Positions 13,801 through 28,800 of a stretch of DNA of 64,000 nt are shown piece after piece. The DNA comes from Octopus sinensis (Eukaryota). Within the stretch, counting starts at the first letter, position 1. Every line of letters starts with the position of its first letter. The notes under the pieces are model-generated. The model was not told the DNA's origin. It was given only the letters and a program-made list of their open reading frames with translations, and made no database searches. The position numbers and the translations under genes were made by a program. The stretch covers positions 123,318,001-123,382,000 of the forward strand of contig NC_042999.1 of the NCBI RefSeq assembly GCF_006345805.1, given 5' to 3'.

Positions 13801-16800
13801 TTCTAGAATTCAAATTACTTAAGATATGTGCTTTTGTACATGTTTCTAAAGACAGAGAAATTTACATGTTGTTAGTAAGTGCAGGGTAACCTTCAGCAGA
13901 CATATTTTTGTCAAATTTAGTGGTGTAGCTAGAGTGTGTGTCACCTGGGGGTGGCCCTTCATTTTTCCTGCTCCAAGCCCCCACAAAACATACATATTGC
14001 ACAGTGACTATATCAATTGTTGCATGTAACAGTGAGTAGTGTCCGTGTTCCAACATTTAAACCACAATTATTTGATTTCAATACAGACTATATAGGCTTA
14101 AAGCCTACAGCAGACTCAAAAGTGGTGCCACACCTCTTTAGCTATGCTTGTGGTAAAATTCTCTTAAGCACTGACAGGATTTCCTTGGTAACAGTTTTTC
14201 TATACCTTGTACCTGAAGCTAATCACATCAATAAATTAGACACAGGCTTCAGTTGATCACCTTGAATTTGTGTCAGACTTCTTTCTAATGCAACAGTTTG
14301 ATTACATAATGACTCCTTTCATAGTTCTATCATTAAGAATGATGTTTTGATAGATTACTACTACTGACCCAATTCTTCTGTGATGGTTCATAGATACTCA
14401 ATATTGTAGTAATGCATTTATATATATTTTAAAAATGCTTTTTGTGCATCATCTTGCCTCAACTGCTTTAATATGTTATATGTATTATTTTCTTAGGGTA
14501 AACGTTTGAAGGCACTCTCTCCGGCTGCCAATAGCATTGTTTGTTTAGATGAGTCCCCACTGTTAACAGCTATATTTGGAATGAAGACAGCAAATGTTAC
14601 TGAATTAATGTTCCGATCAAGGGAATGTGAAAATTTCACAAAGAGTTGCCTCTCCTGCATTCAACGAGGCTGCAGAAATTCCAGTAAGTAATCTTCCACT
14701 TTTCGTTTTCATTTTTCAATGCTTTCATGTCATTTTCCATTTTTTACGTCTCAAATTCATAATGCTCCCATAAAGTCTGAAATAGACATTTTATCCAACG
14801 TTAATGACATTTTATCTAACTAGTATTCTAGATCTAACTGTTGATCAATGTTATAAAATTGTTATTATTGAGTTTTTGTGGATCCTTTAGATTAAAGTAT
14901 AATGCAAATGAGACCATATGTTTTTGTGTCAGTTATAGGTTTAGTTATTCAATGTCCAATATAGATTATGAACCATTATGGAGAACAATTGCTTTCAATA
15001 ATTGTACCTCTACCAATCTCTGCTTTGTTCAAAACACAAATTCCTGTTTAGAAAATGAAAATCTGAAATATATATCATTCCATTGTTATTCCTTTTAAGA
15101 GAATCACGATAATATGAATTTATACATTATAATATCCATCATAGATTTTTACATTAACTATCTTCAACTCTCGTGTGGAAATCACTTCAGAAGTCAATAT
15201 TAATGGTACAATATATTACATATAATGTCAGAATTATGCAAATAAGGCAAACTACAAGTAACGAACTGTACATGCAGTTGAAAATTATACCTATTCAAAT
15301 GGTCATATAATTCTGTCTTTCCCAATTGTCTATATTTTGTTAGCTTTCAGTGAGAGTTACTGGCATATTTACTGCTCTGAAAAATTACATACAGTACCTT
15401 TTATTTCAAAGTTCACTCTGTATATGAGAGATTTGAATTTCTAGAGATGTAATCAAGCCTCATTTTTGTGATAAATCAGCTGTTGTTAAAAGTAATAAAA
15501 GATAATTAATTCTTTCTCTGAACAATATCAGATTGTATCTGTTTATAAATCAATTTCTATATAACTGTATAACTGATTTACTTAAACCAAAGTAGAATTT
15601 CTAATTTTAGACATACTTAATTTACAAATCACTGAATGAAAAAAAAAAACACTCTCTTAACTTGACATAACAATTTAAAATTTCAGTTTACAAAAATTAT
15701 TGTGCAAGTTAGCTTTCACTTATTTCTTAATATTACATGATTAAGAAACATTTCTAAATTTTTGAAGAATGCATACATTGTTTTAATCTTTTCTATGAAA
15801 AAAAAAATCTTAGAAAAAGTCCAAAGAACTGATAAATATTTTTTGGAATTGTGCTTGAGAAGCCAGAGGTGTAATCAGCCCACTTATGTGTACCTTTCCT
15901 TCATTGGACACTGCTTGCAAAGACCTGTTGATGCAAGTGAAATTGAAATCAAATTCGATGACTGGCATCCGTGCTATTGAAGCACTAAGAGCACCATCCG
16001 AGCGTCGCCTTACTGGCACTTATGCCGGTGTGCAGGTGGCACATAAAAAATAATACCATTTGGGCGTGGCCATTGTCAGTACCGCCTGACTGGCCCTCAT
16101 GCCGGTGGCACATAAAAGCACCCACTAAACTCTCGGAGTGGTTGGCATAAGGAAGGGCATCCAGCTGTAGAAACTCTGCCAGATCAAGGTTGGAGCCTGG
16201 TGCAGCCATTTGGTTTGCCAGTCCTCAGTCAAATCATCCAACCCATGCTAGCATGGAAAGCGGACATTAAACGATGATAATGATGATGATTATATTAAAC
16301 TGTATTAACGTGATGGCAGTAATTGAAGTTCATCATACACAAAAATCTACTTTCTAGGTAACCAGTATATTGTTTGTCTCTCAGTATATTTTAACAAAAG
16401 CCAAGTTGGTTAAAGTTTCAGAGGTGGAAGTCCTTTATTATGATTCTACATTCAATTTTCTTACTGGTCAAATTTAAAAAAAAAAAAAAAACTTTAATGA
16501 GTACACTCATAATTTTTGTATCTTAAATTAATTTATTTCAATACAGTACAGCTTGATTTATGTTTTTTTTTTTATTGAGAATTAACTTATTTACAGCATA
16601 TATTTTTGCTTCAAAACAATAAATCTAGGGAAATAGATCTACTACTTTACAGTTTAGAGCAATTGAAAGAAATGAAGCCAGTATGCTTTGCTGGCTGAGC
16701 AATGTTAGTGTGCATGTTCAACAAAGCATAAGCATCTTGAGAGAAAAGTTAAGCATAAGAAGCATCAGATCTGGTGTGCAATAGAGATGACTGTGTTGGT

Positions 16801-19800
16801 ATGATCATGTCATGCATATGGATGAGGATAGCTGTGTAAAGAAGTGCTGATCCCTAACTGTGGAAAAGTTCCTGTGGTAGAGGTAGACCCATGAAAACAT
16901 GGGATGAGGTGGTGAAGCTTGATTTCTGAACTTTGGGCCTTACAGAGGCATTGACTAGTGACTGAGACCTTTGGCAATATGCTGTGCTTGAGAAGACATG
17001 TCTAGCCAAGTGAAATAGCAGTCATGGCTGATGCTCGTATCATGCAGCCAGCACCCATACAGGTGGCATGTGAAAAGCACCTCTAGAGTACTGAGCCTCA
17101 TAGAGGTAAAGTGGTTGAGCTGCTTTTGAATGTTAGGCCTCACAGAGGCAATGACCAAGACCTTTAGCATTATGTCGCACTTGAGAAGAAAACCATCAAG
17201 CCAAGTAAAATCAGTTGTGGCAGATACCAGTGTTATGCAAATAGCACCTGAGCCAGTGGCACATAAAAGCATCTTTTGAGCGTTGAACCTCACAAGCAAG
17301 GACCAAGACCATTTGGCATTATGCCAAGCTTTGAGCATTGAGCCTCATGGTGGCAATGACAGAGTTCATTTGAGATTATGTTATGCTTGAGAAGAAGACC
17401 CATCAAGCCAAGTAAAACTGCAGTTGTGGCAGATACTGGTGTCATGCAAATGGCACCTGTGCCGGTGGCACATCAAAGCACCCATTACACTCTCTGGTTG
17501 GTTGGCATTAGGAAGAGCATCCAGCCATAGAAACCATGCCAAAACTGACTGGAGTCTGGTGCAGCTCCTCAGCTTGCCAGCCCTGTTCAAACTGTGCATC
17601 CCATGCCAGCATGGACAGTGTGCATTAAATGATGATGATGATGTCCATTTATTGCTACTCTGGCTTAATCATGACATTGCACATTTCCTTAATTAGAGTA
17701 ACAATCTTAACTACACAACTGACCGTATAGCTATTTAGTTTCAAACTAATAATCAATGCTACTGTGTTCACACCCATAACTGTTATTACATTTAGCTCCC
17801 ATTCTATCTAAGAGTTCATCTATTCCTTTTGACCTTAATATCATTGGTTTAAGATATCAAAGATCCATGATTTCTTTTGAAAGATCTTTTTACTGTTCTG
17901 TTACTATTGGTTCTCTTTAAGTGTGGATAGAACGAAAGCTTTCTTTTTATATGGAAATCATCAAATCATCTATGAATCATATGAGCTTTTTTATTTTTAC
18001 TTATAATTTATTCATTGATACTTGGTTATTATTGTTGTTAAAAATTGCTTTTAAGTTGATTTATCAGCAAGAATTTGAACATTTTATTTGATTCTAATCA
18101 TGATAGATGGCACAATGAGATATTGTACCCTCTAGCACATACACACACATGAATTAACTTATATATATTGGCTAGCTTCTACTTCACAAAATGTTTAACT
18201 TTTGACTTTTCATTTTGGAAATTTTTTTATCAACTAAAAATTTGAATAAACACTTCATGATAGTTGCTGACATTCCTTCAATACCAATTTGACTATTAGT
18301 ATTTGTTGACACCCACACAGTTAATCTAAACTAATATGCCTCCTGCTTGTTAAAATTAAATACAATTACATCAGTTATAGTGAGGGTCAGCAGCCTTAAG
18401 GCTAGCATGTTAATGGTGAATTATTTCTCTTTCTACTTCATTTCAATGACTATGTGGAGTTACTATTGTGGCCACCAGCAAAATTTAGATATTTAACATC
18501 TTCCTGATCACATTTCCTCAGACAAGAAGACATGGTATAGGAGGATGATAAGCTAAATTCAATTAGTAACCTCCAGAGACCTGGATTTCTGTACACATCG
18601 TTCAAGGTTCTTGGTATTATCCAATTTAGCATAAATATTATCACAGAAGTTGAAGTTTCAACTATCTTGTGTCCTTAACTATCAATGTAAAAATGTATTT
18701 TTCAAAAGACTCTCTCTCTCACACACACACTCAAAATTTAGTAACTATCTCTTAAATTGGATTGGCTCTAAGTAAATGCTGGCACTGGCTAAAACACTAA
18801 GGCTGTAAAGTGCTTTACCTGCATGTTTTTCAAGTGGTTTCATTCCATTTGTAGAAATGAAAATTAAGATAGCATATGCAGATCCAAATACCAGAGTTTC
18901 CACAAATTTGTTGTTGAATAAAAAACAAAGATCTGCATGTATGAAATCTTCTCACTCTTAGAATTACTCTTATTACAAACAACAATAAAAACCATCTCCA
19001 CATTAGTTATTTAGTATGACATCTGATCCAAATTTTGCTTTCAAAATTCTTCTTGTCAACACTTATTAGCCCAGCAATGTTGACTCTTCAAAGTATCAAT
19101 AACAGTAATGAAAATCTAAATAGTGATAATATTATCTCTATATCACAGTGTATGTAGTGTTTATAAAAAGAAAATGATATGAATATGTATGTATATGTTT
19201 GTTGTCCATATATAAATGTGTAAATACACACATATATGTACAAGTGTGTTTGATTATCATTATGTGTATGTATGTGTGAATGGAAATGTGTATGTATATA
19301 AATGTAGGTACATATGTTCCTTGCAGAATGTATTTTTAATACTCACTTGAATGCATATAAAAATACCGGTTCAATACCCATATCAATGGATTTTTTCTAT
19401 ACTTCATTTAAAGAAGAAATTTTTTTACTATTTTAACATTTCTTTTTCTATGCCACTCTTACAAATTTCGTCGTGATCTTTGTCCACCCTGCTTTACTTC
19501 AATCTATTACAACTATATTGAAAACAGACGTATTCATTAGATTGTTTCTGACTTTTTACTGCCACATGAAAACCAGATATTTATTCCCCTATTGCAGGTC
19601 CTCTGCGTGGTGAAAATTCTTGTTGTCAAATTCCATGCTACAGAACTTACTCATGTCGTAAATCATATGACTCACTTTGCCCTCCCAGTCCAGTTGAATG
19701 TGCAACAGGTAAGAAAATCATTTTGATACAATTAGCACTTTAATGCAAGAAATTGTAATGCTTTTTTTCTACATTATCAAACTATTTAGATACTCATATC

Positions 19801-22800
19801 ATCATTTCTCTTCCCCACATTGATGAGTTGAATGAATCTGTGAGTTGATTTTCTATGTAAACGTTTTATTTATAAGCATATATATATATAAGACTAGTAA
19901 GAAACAATTGTGAACTTTTTTATTACATTTAACTTTTAAAAATATTTTTGATAAGGTTCGTTTTTTTCTAGAAGAACCGGAACATGTAAAATTTCTAAGA
20001 AAATTAAAATTTATCTTATATAGTGGCGTTTTCAAACTTCTTTTATATATATATATATATATATATTCATTTCTGTATCAAATAGAACTATATTCAGTGT
20101 GTACCTCATTCACATCTTATTCTGTTATGTAACAGGGAAGAATTCTTTGAGCCAGCATTAAACAATAAGTTAATAAATTTAGAATTCTTTTCTCTATGTA
20201 TTTGAACATATTTTGCTCTACTTATGTGGAACCACCAATATTAAAAAAGGAAAATGTTAGCTATTGAAGTGTGTAAATGTATTTCTATTGTATCTAGTAT
20301 CATGTCTAACTGATTTTCCATTTTTGTATGATCCATGGCTCGCTTGTTCAGTATATATCATCACAGTCATCTTATGTCTGTTATTTTATTTTTTTCATAC
20401 TGACTTTGATTGCATATGTCTGTTCCAGCAGTGTTTCACTACTTGTTGTCATCTAGCACAGACATGCCAACTGAAAAAAACACCAATCTTTGTAGTTGTG
20501 TTGTCACATTTTTTTTTTGTCTTCTTTTCATTGCTGGATAGCATTGTTCTTGCCATCCACTTCATAACTTGCATTGGGTGTATGTTATCATGCCATCATC
20601 ACTAAAGATCTTTTCTGTGCCAAGTATAGAAAGAAAGACAGTTATACAGACAGAGAGAGGTTCTTTCTTTTCAACTAGATTTTTTTAATCATTATTCAAA
20701 ATTACTGCTCTCCTATACAGGCTGCCATCACTGTTTATTGCAGGGCAGGGGGTCTCATGTCTTCTCTTCTTTGCAAAAAGTAAAATTTTGAAAAACAATT
20801 TTGTTTTATTATCTTCTTAGTTTTCATTGGTATAAACAATATTAGGTACTTTCTAGTTTTGTTATTCTCTGAGACACCTCAGCAGACACTCAAGCATTTG
20901 CAATAATATTAGGTGCGTACAATTCTAATTGAAATTATGTATTTCTAACTTGCCTCTTATAATTATTTTATGTCAACTTTTTTTCTGTAAAAAAAAAAAA
21001 AAGATTTCTCCTCTCAGTTGTAAATAAAAAGATTTAAGTATAATTAATGCTTTTTCTCTAAACAATTTATGTGAATATCTCTTTATTGCTTCTATTTTCA
21101 TTATGTGACCTTTATAACTGATATTTGCTTCCTTTGATAGGTGATGCCTATGTGTTCACATTACGGCCAATGTTTAACTCTATATCGAGTCAGTTCTTCT
21201 GCCACTTACAATATAAAAAGCCGACAAAACTGTACAGCATAAATTATAGTGTTGACATCCCCCAAGTGGGGTATCAATTTAAAGAAAAACATCGAACAGT
21301 TTTAGCAGAATCTACTGGTTTCCACCATCACAGTTTAGTTACTGTTGACTTTATATCTGTTGAACATTCTTCACAGCTACCTGTACGGGAGCAAGCGATA
21401 CTTGTAAAAGATCACAGTAGAGCTGATTTTTCTCTTCATTCATTGAAGAAAGCCGAGGATTTTGACCGAAAATTTGATATAAATAATCCCACAGACAACA
21501 TCTTCTCCACTGATGCCCAGTTTTCAAAGCCATTCGAATATAGCTCTATGACTTGGCATAACGGTGGTTGTGGTAAAAATTCTTCGAAAATATATCCTGC
21601 GCAATTGCTATTTGTTGATCATGGTGATTCAGTTAATGCACATAAGTCTGTCTTTGATGGACGGTTCCATTATCACATATCAAACACCAAAGAAACACCA
21701 CAAATAAAATTACTAATCAGTGGTAAGTATTATTTATTTCACAAAAGGTAAAATATTTTAGTTGATTTAATTTTTAAATTACTGATACTTTAGCATTTGC
21801 TTAAATTTGTATGGAATAATATATTTATATTGTAATGTACTATTTTAATTTTACATTTGAGCAATGAACCAAGTAGTATAAACACTCATACATTGTTCTT
21901 ACTCTCTCTTTATAGCAAACAGCTCAATATTAAAGCATTATCAACATGATTTTCCTAATGCCTTGTTGAATAGCAGTAGCCTTGAAGTAAAGTTATTCTG
22001 GCAACCAGTCTTAAAAAATTGGATGATGAAAATTAAAGGTAATTTGCTGTACATTTTACTTCCTAGCTTTTCACACCTACTGTCTTGACTCTCTTCTATT
22101 CTATTCCCCACCCTAAAATTACTTGGTAATTTGAAGATTAGTAATATATGTAGGGTAATGAACAAAATGCCTTGAAGTATTTAGTTACATCCATTTACAT
22201 TTTGAATTCAAGTCCCATATGATGAAATTTTGCTTTTCTTCCTCCCAGTGGTTAATAAAATAAGAACCTCTGAAGTTTTAGAGGTTGTATATTTACTTTG
22301 ATTTTACTGAAATTTTGAGACTTTATGTCAATGTTAGAAACTAACATTCAATTAATATTGGTTTCTGTTATTGAAAAGAATCTTCTCCAAATAATTTCAT
22401 TATTTAAATTAACGTGTCTACCTACATTTTCAACCCCACCTGTTATAGTAATACAAAAGAGGGGGAAAAGGGTTGTGTGTAGAAATATAGTTAAAGGTAA
22501 AATGTATTATGTTTATTAAAGTGTTTATTATATAAATGTCTAGAGATGTTTCAGTAGGTTTTGTGATGATAAGTTCAACGGAACAGAGGTAGTTATAGTA
22601 AAATAAATATGACAGGGGTGAAACAACTAAATAGTGCAACACGTCTAGTATATATGTTGGTGCCTCAGAATAAAACTCTTGTTGACAAATTTCACTTGTT
22701 GGATATCATGGAAGATTTGGTTCATGAAAGAAGTTCTGACTTCATGAAAGGTATTATCATTGCACATGAAGTAAGTGTAAGCTGAAAGTTAAGCAGGCAT

Positions 22801-25800
22801 TTAAGAGAATGAACAGTGACCAAGAGAAGGTTAATGTAAAGTGTTGGACAGATGAGCAAGATCTGAGACACTGTAAGGTTCACAATAAATTTCCAGACCA
22901 TAGACTGACATCTACCCTTTCTAAAAACAAATATTTTTTTTGGTTGAATTAGAATTAGTGTTCCTAAATTTTGAAATAGTTTGCTTTTTTCTTATTTTAC
23001 TTAGTGACTGGTTCACTAACATTTTTTTTTTCTAATTAAGTAACAGGTTGTATATTACAATGTATAAGTGTTTCAACAACGTCAAAAGCCTGACTATAAT
23101 TTTACACTCATTTTCTTGTCATTTTTTGTTTTGCAATAATGTTTCCAATTTGATATGGATTCAACAAATTTGAACAGTCATAAAAAATGAGAAATCATAA
23201 AGCTCAAGTTGTTTGGTTTACTAATTGATTTACTAACCGTCACTCTAGTAAAGACAGGGAGCTTGACAACCGATGCTAGTGTGTTTATGTCCCCGTCACT
23301 TAGTGGTTCGGCAAAAGAGATCGATAGAATAAGTACTGGGCTTACAAAGAATAAGTCCTGGGGTCGAGTTGCTCGATTAAAGGCGGTGCTCCAGCATGGC
23401 CACAGTCAAATGACTGAAACAAGTAAAAGAGTATAATAACGTAAAATTTCATGTGTTTATCATACACAATATGTAATTGAGAACCACTATACACAATGCT
23501 TTTTACCACTGTCTTTCCTCATTATTTCTTTTTTTGTTGCTCTACTTAACATTACCTCCAATATCCAATGAGTTTCAAGCTCTCAGTTACAAAACATAAA
23601 ATTTTCTATGGCTGAACACAGGCTACAGTGAATATTTTGTTAATGTACTGAAAGTCTAATCTTGTACTTTAGATGTAGTCATAGAGTATATTAAACACAG
23701 TGGAATTTGGATCCTTTCCATTTTAAATAATAAATCTTTATCACTTGGTACTTTTCTAATTCTTTATATGAAAAATTGTTGCCCAGTTTAGGTACCATTT
23801 ATTATTGGACCTTCAACACAATTTTGATGTAGATTGAGAATGCAGCTGTACCAGTTTTCAAATTTAGAACATATGCAGATATTCCAGAGGGAATAAAAGG
23901 GTTCAGAAGTTCATTATGTCAAGGTTCTTACCAGACCTGAAATATTTTTAAGTATTACCTCCAAGGAATAATAATACTTCATTCTTGCTTGGCAATGAGT
24001 ATTTTTGATGAGAGAATCATATCTTCTTTGTTATGTTAGCAAATATATAGTTATCTATGACCCTTCAACACTTATTTTTGGGTACATCCACATCATTATC
24101 AGTAATTGACTTGTTACTTTCTGAAGTAACTTCAATTCCCGTTTGAACTAGCCAGTTTGTTATATATCTCTGTTATTCATGGTATGTAAAATTTTGAGTT
24201 TGCTAATATGGTTTTTAAAAAAGACTTTAGATATGGGAGCACTAAATGTATGTGTCTATAAAAGAAATTTTATAGCCTGAAGTAGGTAACACCTTATCAT
24301 AGGTAGAATAATCTTATCTCCAAAAGCTCTATCTACACTCATTATCTTGTAAGTATTTATCAAGCCATGATTTAAGAATTTTTTTTCTATTTTGTTATAC
24401 ATTTAGAGATTTTTTTACAACATTGTTTCACTGTAATAAAGATTTTGGCACTTCTTTTCTAGTGCTCTATCTAAGTATAAAAACATATATTTAACATGTC
24501 AAAATTAAGTGAAAGTGTTTTCCTAGAAAATGAAATAATTCAGGAATGAGTGTTTTCATAGATAATGAATTTATGAAAAATAAAATATTCAGTAGTGACA
24601 GTTAAGTAAATAGTCAACAGTAGAGTGCCAGTTAGATACTGTAAAGCATATGAAAGCATTCTGAATCCCTGTGGAATTGTGGAAAAATAAGAAATAAATG
24701 AGTAACTTATATTCAGCTCAAAATAATTAGAATCTTATTTAATTGAGTTTATGTGGTATTATGCCTTTCCTAATGATGTTATTTGAACAGTTATTAGACT
24801 TGTTCATAATTTGTTGTAATATTCAAATATATTGATCCATTTATCCTTTGAATTAAAATTTAAAAAAATTTAAATATAACTTTCAGATGTTGTTCAGGAA
24901 AAATATTGTCACACTTTTTATTTCTTTTTATTTTTTTTTTCTTATTTTAAGGAAAACCCTTTTATTTTTGCAGAGCAAAACTCTTCTATGTTACCACTCA
25001 CTCGCTTTCACTTAGAAGTGTTATGTGCAAACACAAACTGTAACAAGCAGTATTATGGTTAATTTATGATTTTAATTGATGAATGTCACAACTACATCTT
25101 TCTCGTGTTCTATTAAGATATCAATGAAATTAATCATTGAATGTTTAAGTATTTTTTGTATTTATACTGAATTCTTTTCCTTTTTTCAGGGGTTCTTTAC
25201 TCTTGCCCTGGCTATTTAAGAATGAAAGTTTATGATAGTGAGCATCGCATCTGCTACGGAAGCTATGATATGTTCATCAATTGCCCAACCACTTTTCAGA
25301 TATCTGCAGTTCTTACTGAATGGGGTAACAAGCAGCCATCAATTTTAACTGTGATGCTCAGTGACATCGAAAGTACTCATCGCCTCCATTTGACCACTCA
25401 CGAAATCAATAAAGACTATATGAAACCTTCATCAAATTCATATAGACTCAAAAAACATAGCACAGTTAGAATTTCACCTTGGAAACCAGTTATTGCAATT
25501 CTTGTATCTGCCAGTATTCTAGGTACAATGATGTTATGTACCTTAGCTGGTTTATTAATTTACAATGTTGGTCGTCGAACTATACCATCACTACCACCTC
25601 CATCACCAGCACAAGACGAGCGCCGGTCTTCACTTCTCAGCAGTCCTGAGCAAGAGCGACCTCTGGAAATTATTCCAAGACCCCCCACTGAAACTTCCAG
25701 AGGATTAGTTTTTCTATTTATAGTCATTTATTTAATGTATTCATTCTTCTTTACATTGTCAGTTACGTTGGGTTTGTTCTATGTCATCATCGGTCCATCT

Positions 25801-28800
25801 GTCATCTCATTACAGAACACTACCGAAATGAGTTATCATGTGCGACAGAGTGTAAACAGATGTTTAGAAGAAATTAAAGCACATGAGAAATTTGAGACAA
25901 TGCGAATGTTGGACTTGATAAAACAGAGACAGATATCATGTCAATCTCATCTTGACACTGAAGTCACCCACATTCTACAAGGAATGCACTCTTCCACAAG
26001 AATGGTCTTGAGAAGTGTTTACAGAGACAATGGATTGCTGAAAAAGTCTGTGCATGACTTGTTTATGTCTAAACAATTTAAATTTGAATCTGAATTAAAT
26101 GAATTTATCTGCGACACTAACCATACGTTATATAATCAGCTTCTGAGCTTTCGTTCAAAGTACATCAACTTCCTTAAGAAATTAGTTCACAACCAATGGT
26201 TGGAATTTCCAAAGAAAATATTTGAACGTCATGGTTCTATAAATGATGTATTCGAATCAGAAAATTCACTGCTGGAATATCTCAACTGGTTAGAAGTAGA
26301 CAAAGTATTTGAAGTGAGTCAAGTGCATGATATTATTATGAAGCAGTAAGTATTTAATTTTTAGATACAAATATAATGATTTAATAACAACTGTAAATAC
26401 TTATTGAACTATTGCTAAACTAAGGCTTTGTCTATTAAATCATTAATGATATCTTAAACACATTAACACACTCTTTGCCAGTAATTAATGAAACATGTTC
26501 TCATTGGTTTTAAATTGGGAAGGTAGTGGAAATAGAATATATGTACATGTATGTAGAATTACTGACATTTCCTAACAAAAGAAAATATTTGCTTACAGTT
26601 TGCTGATCACTATCCTTTCTTAATTAAAGGAATTTTTTTATTAATTTTTTTTTATGTATGTGCTTCATTCCTGGCTGTGATTTCATGGAATCGACGTCGC
26701 TTATTTCCCAAAATCCATCCTCACTGATAACACTTCCAGTTTTATAACTAAAGTGAAGAACATTTGTGGTTGTACTAAGAGAGAGAGAGAAAGGGGGATA
26801 AAAGAAGCATGGAGTAAGTAGCTGGAGTAGTAGATAAAGAAAGAAGAGGCAAGAGGTGGATTCCAATATGCAACAATCTCGTTTTTTACGTTTTATTCAC
26901 ATTCTGTACTACAAATGACATACAGCAACCTCCACTGGTTAATTTCCACTCTGTTAGAAAAGATTATTTAAAAAAATGGAGATCATCATCACCATCGTCA
27001 TTTTTTATATACATTTTCCATCTTTGCATGGGTCAGATAGAGATTATTGAAGCAGATTGTCCATGGCTGGATACCATTTCAGTCATCAACCCTTATCTGC
27101 ATCCAAGCAAGGTAATATTTTTTCCATGGCCTGACATGTTCTTGCTGAATATTGGAAATGAATGACAATGACTCTCATTTACAACTATAAAGATGTCGAT
27201 ACAAGGAGACACAAAAATACACACACATTCACAGCAAACTTCTTTCAGTTTTCATCTAACAAATCCATTCACAAGGTTTTGATCAGCCCAGGGCTGCAGT
27301 AAAAGACACCTGTCCAAGGTGCTATGCAGTAGGATTGAAACTGAAACCATGTGACTCAGAAGAAATCTTCTTAACCAAACAGCAATGCATGAACCTATAG
27401 CCATATCACATATACAAACAGACAGAATGGTCGCCACTGGGACAGGGCAACCAAGGGCTATGCAACAACTGTATATAACACAGATGAAAGGCACTTATCA
27501 TAGGTCTGCCCTCCCAAGCATAGCCCTGGGTTAAACAATTGTACATGTTTTGAACCAATAAGAATCCTTATGTTGGTATGTTTAATGTAATTATGAGAAA
27601 AGCGCTACAAGATAGCAAAAAACATAAAGAGAAATAAAAAGAATGACAGCAACAAACCCCAAACATTTTTGGCAGGTACAGCACTAGTTTCTAAGGAAAA
27701 AAAATTCACTTACAGTATTATATCTTTCTAAACTATGATATTTGGTAAGTCATGATATCTTAAATTAACCTAACCATTTAAAGAAATGCTCTTGCAAAAT
27801 TAACTAACATTAACAAACATAAAATAAAATATATGTTGAAAAATAAGAACTTGTGACCAAAAATATAACAAGTTTGTACCTTAATAAAATGCAGTGGTAT
27901 TAAAGAATTTGATTTATGTATTCTAACACTTGTAAAAGAAAAATAATCAGTAGATGAACTGAAAGACCCAAAAGCATTAGAAACCACAGAAACTGTAGAT
28001 TTGCTTAAAGTTGTATTCAGGATGAAATCTGTATTAGATATACTCAAATTATATCGTCAGTAAATTAAAACCCTTGACTGAATTTTTCAAAGAGTTTTTG
28101 TTTCCCTCAACTCTAAAATAATTATTTTCATTCATAAATGTTTCACCTATGGTCAGGAATATTGGATAGTGACTGGAAACACAAGTGGCCGAAATGGAGT
28201 TCTGAAAGAACTCTAGAACAGCGATGCACAACCTGTGGCCAAATGAAGGCATATTGTGCAGCTCATGAAACCATTTTGCAAAGACTTTCTTATTTTAACA
28301 AATTACTGAAAATTAACATAGCGAACTGCTTGTACCACAATCACACACTGAATATACACATAATAGTAGCTATCTATTAACTTTTATCATTATGTTTCCT
28401 TCGTGTCTTTATTAACCTTTTCTATACTACTGTTTTTGTATGTTTCTTGATCATCCAAATTATATGATATACTTTGCAGCCTGCTTTGAGTGATTGAATT
28501 CATGATTTGACCCTTTGGATGAAAAAGGTTGTGCATCCATGCTCTAGAGTAATGATACTCAACATGGTGTGTAGCTTCAAAATCCAGGAGTCTCTCCAGG
28601 TTGAGCCACTACTTCTCTACATTCAGGGATGACAGTTCTAGTACTATAGAAGTGATTAGAATGGTACAGGAAAAAATTGCAAGATGCATTCTTCAAGCTA
28701 AGCCAACTGGTAGGAGACCTACAAGTAGATCACGGAGATGGCTGGATAATATCTAAAGTCTCCATTTGTCACACTTGAGAATCCAGCTGGAAAGTCTAAT

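Noticed and set aside
16930-17470. CRISPR-like repeat array
   Set aside because: Eukaryotic context; the units are long degenerate tandem repeats in an RTE 3' UTR, with no unique spacers or cas genes.
25222-26349. Stand-alone single-exon genes for the 375-aa and 337-aa ORFs
   Set aside because: Both have clear splice sites and phase-compatible neighbours, so they are internal exons of one gene.
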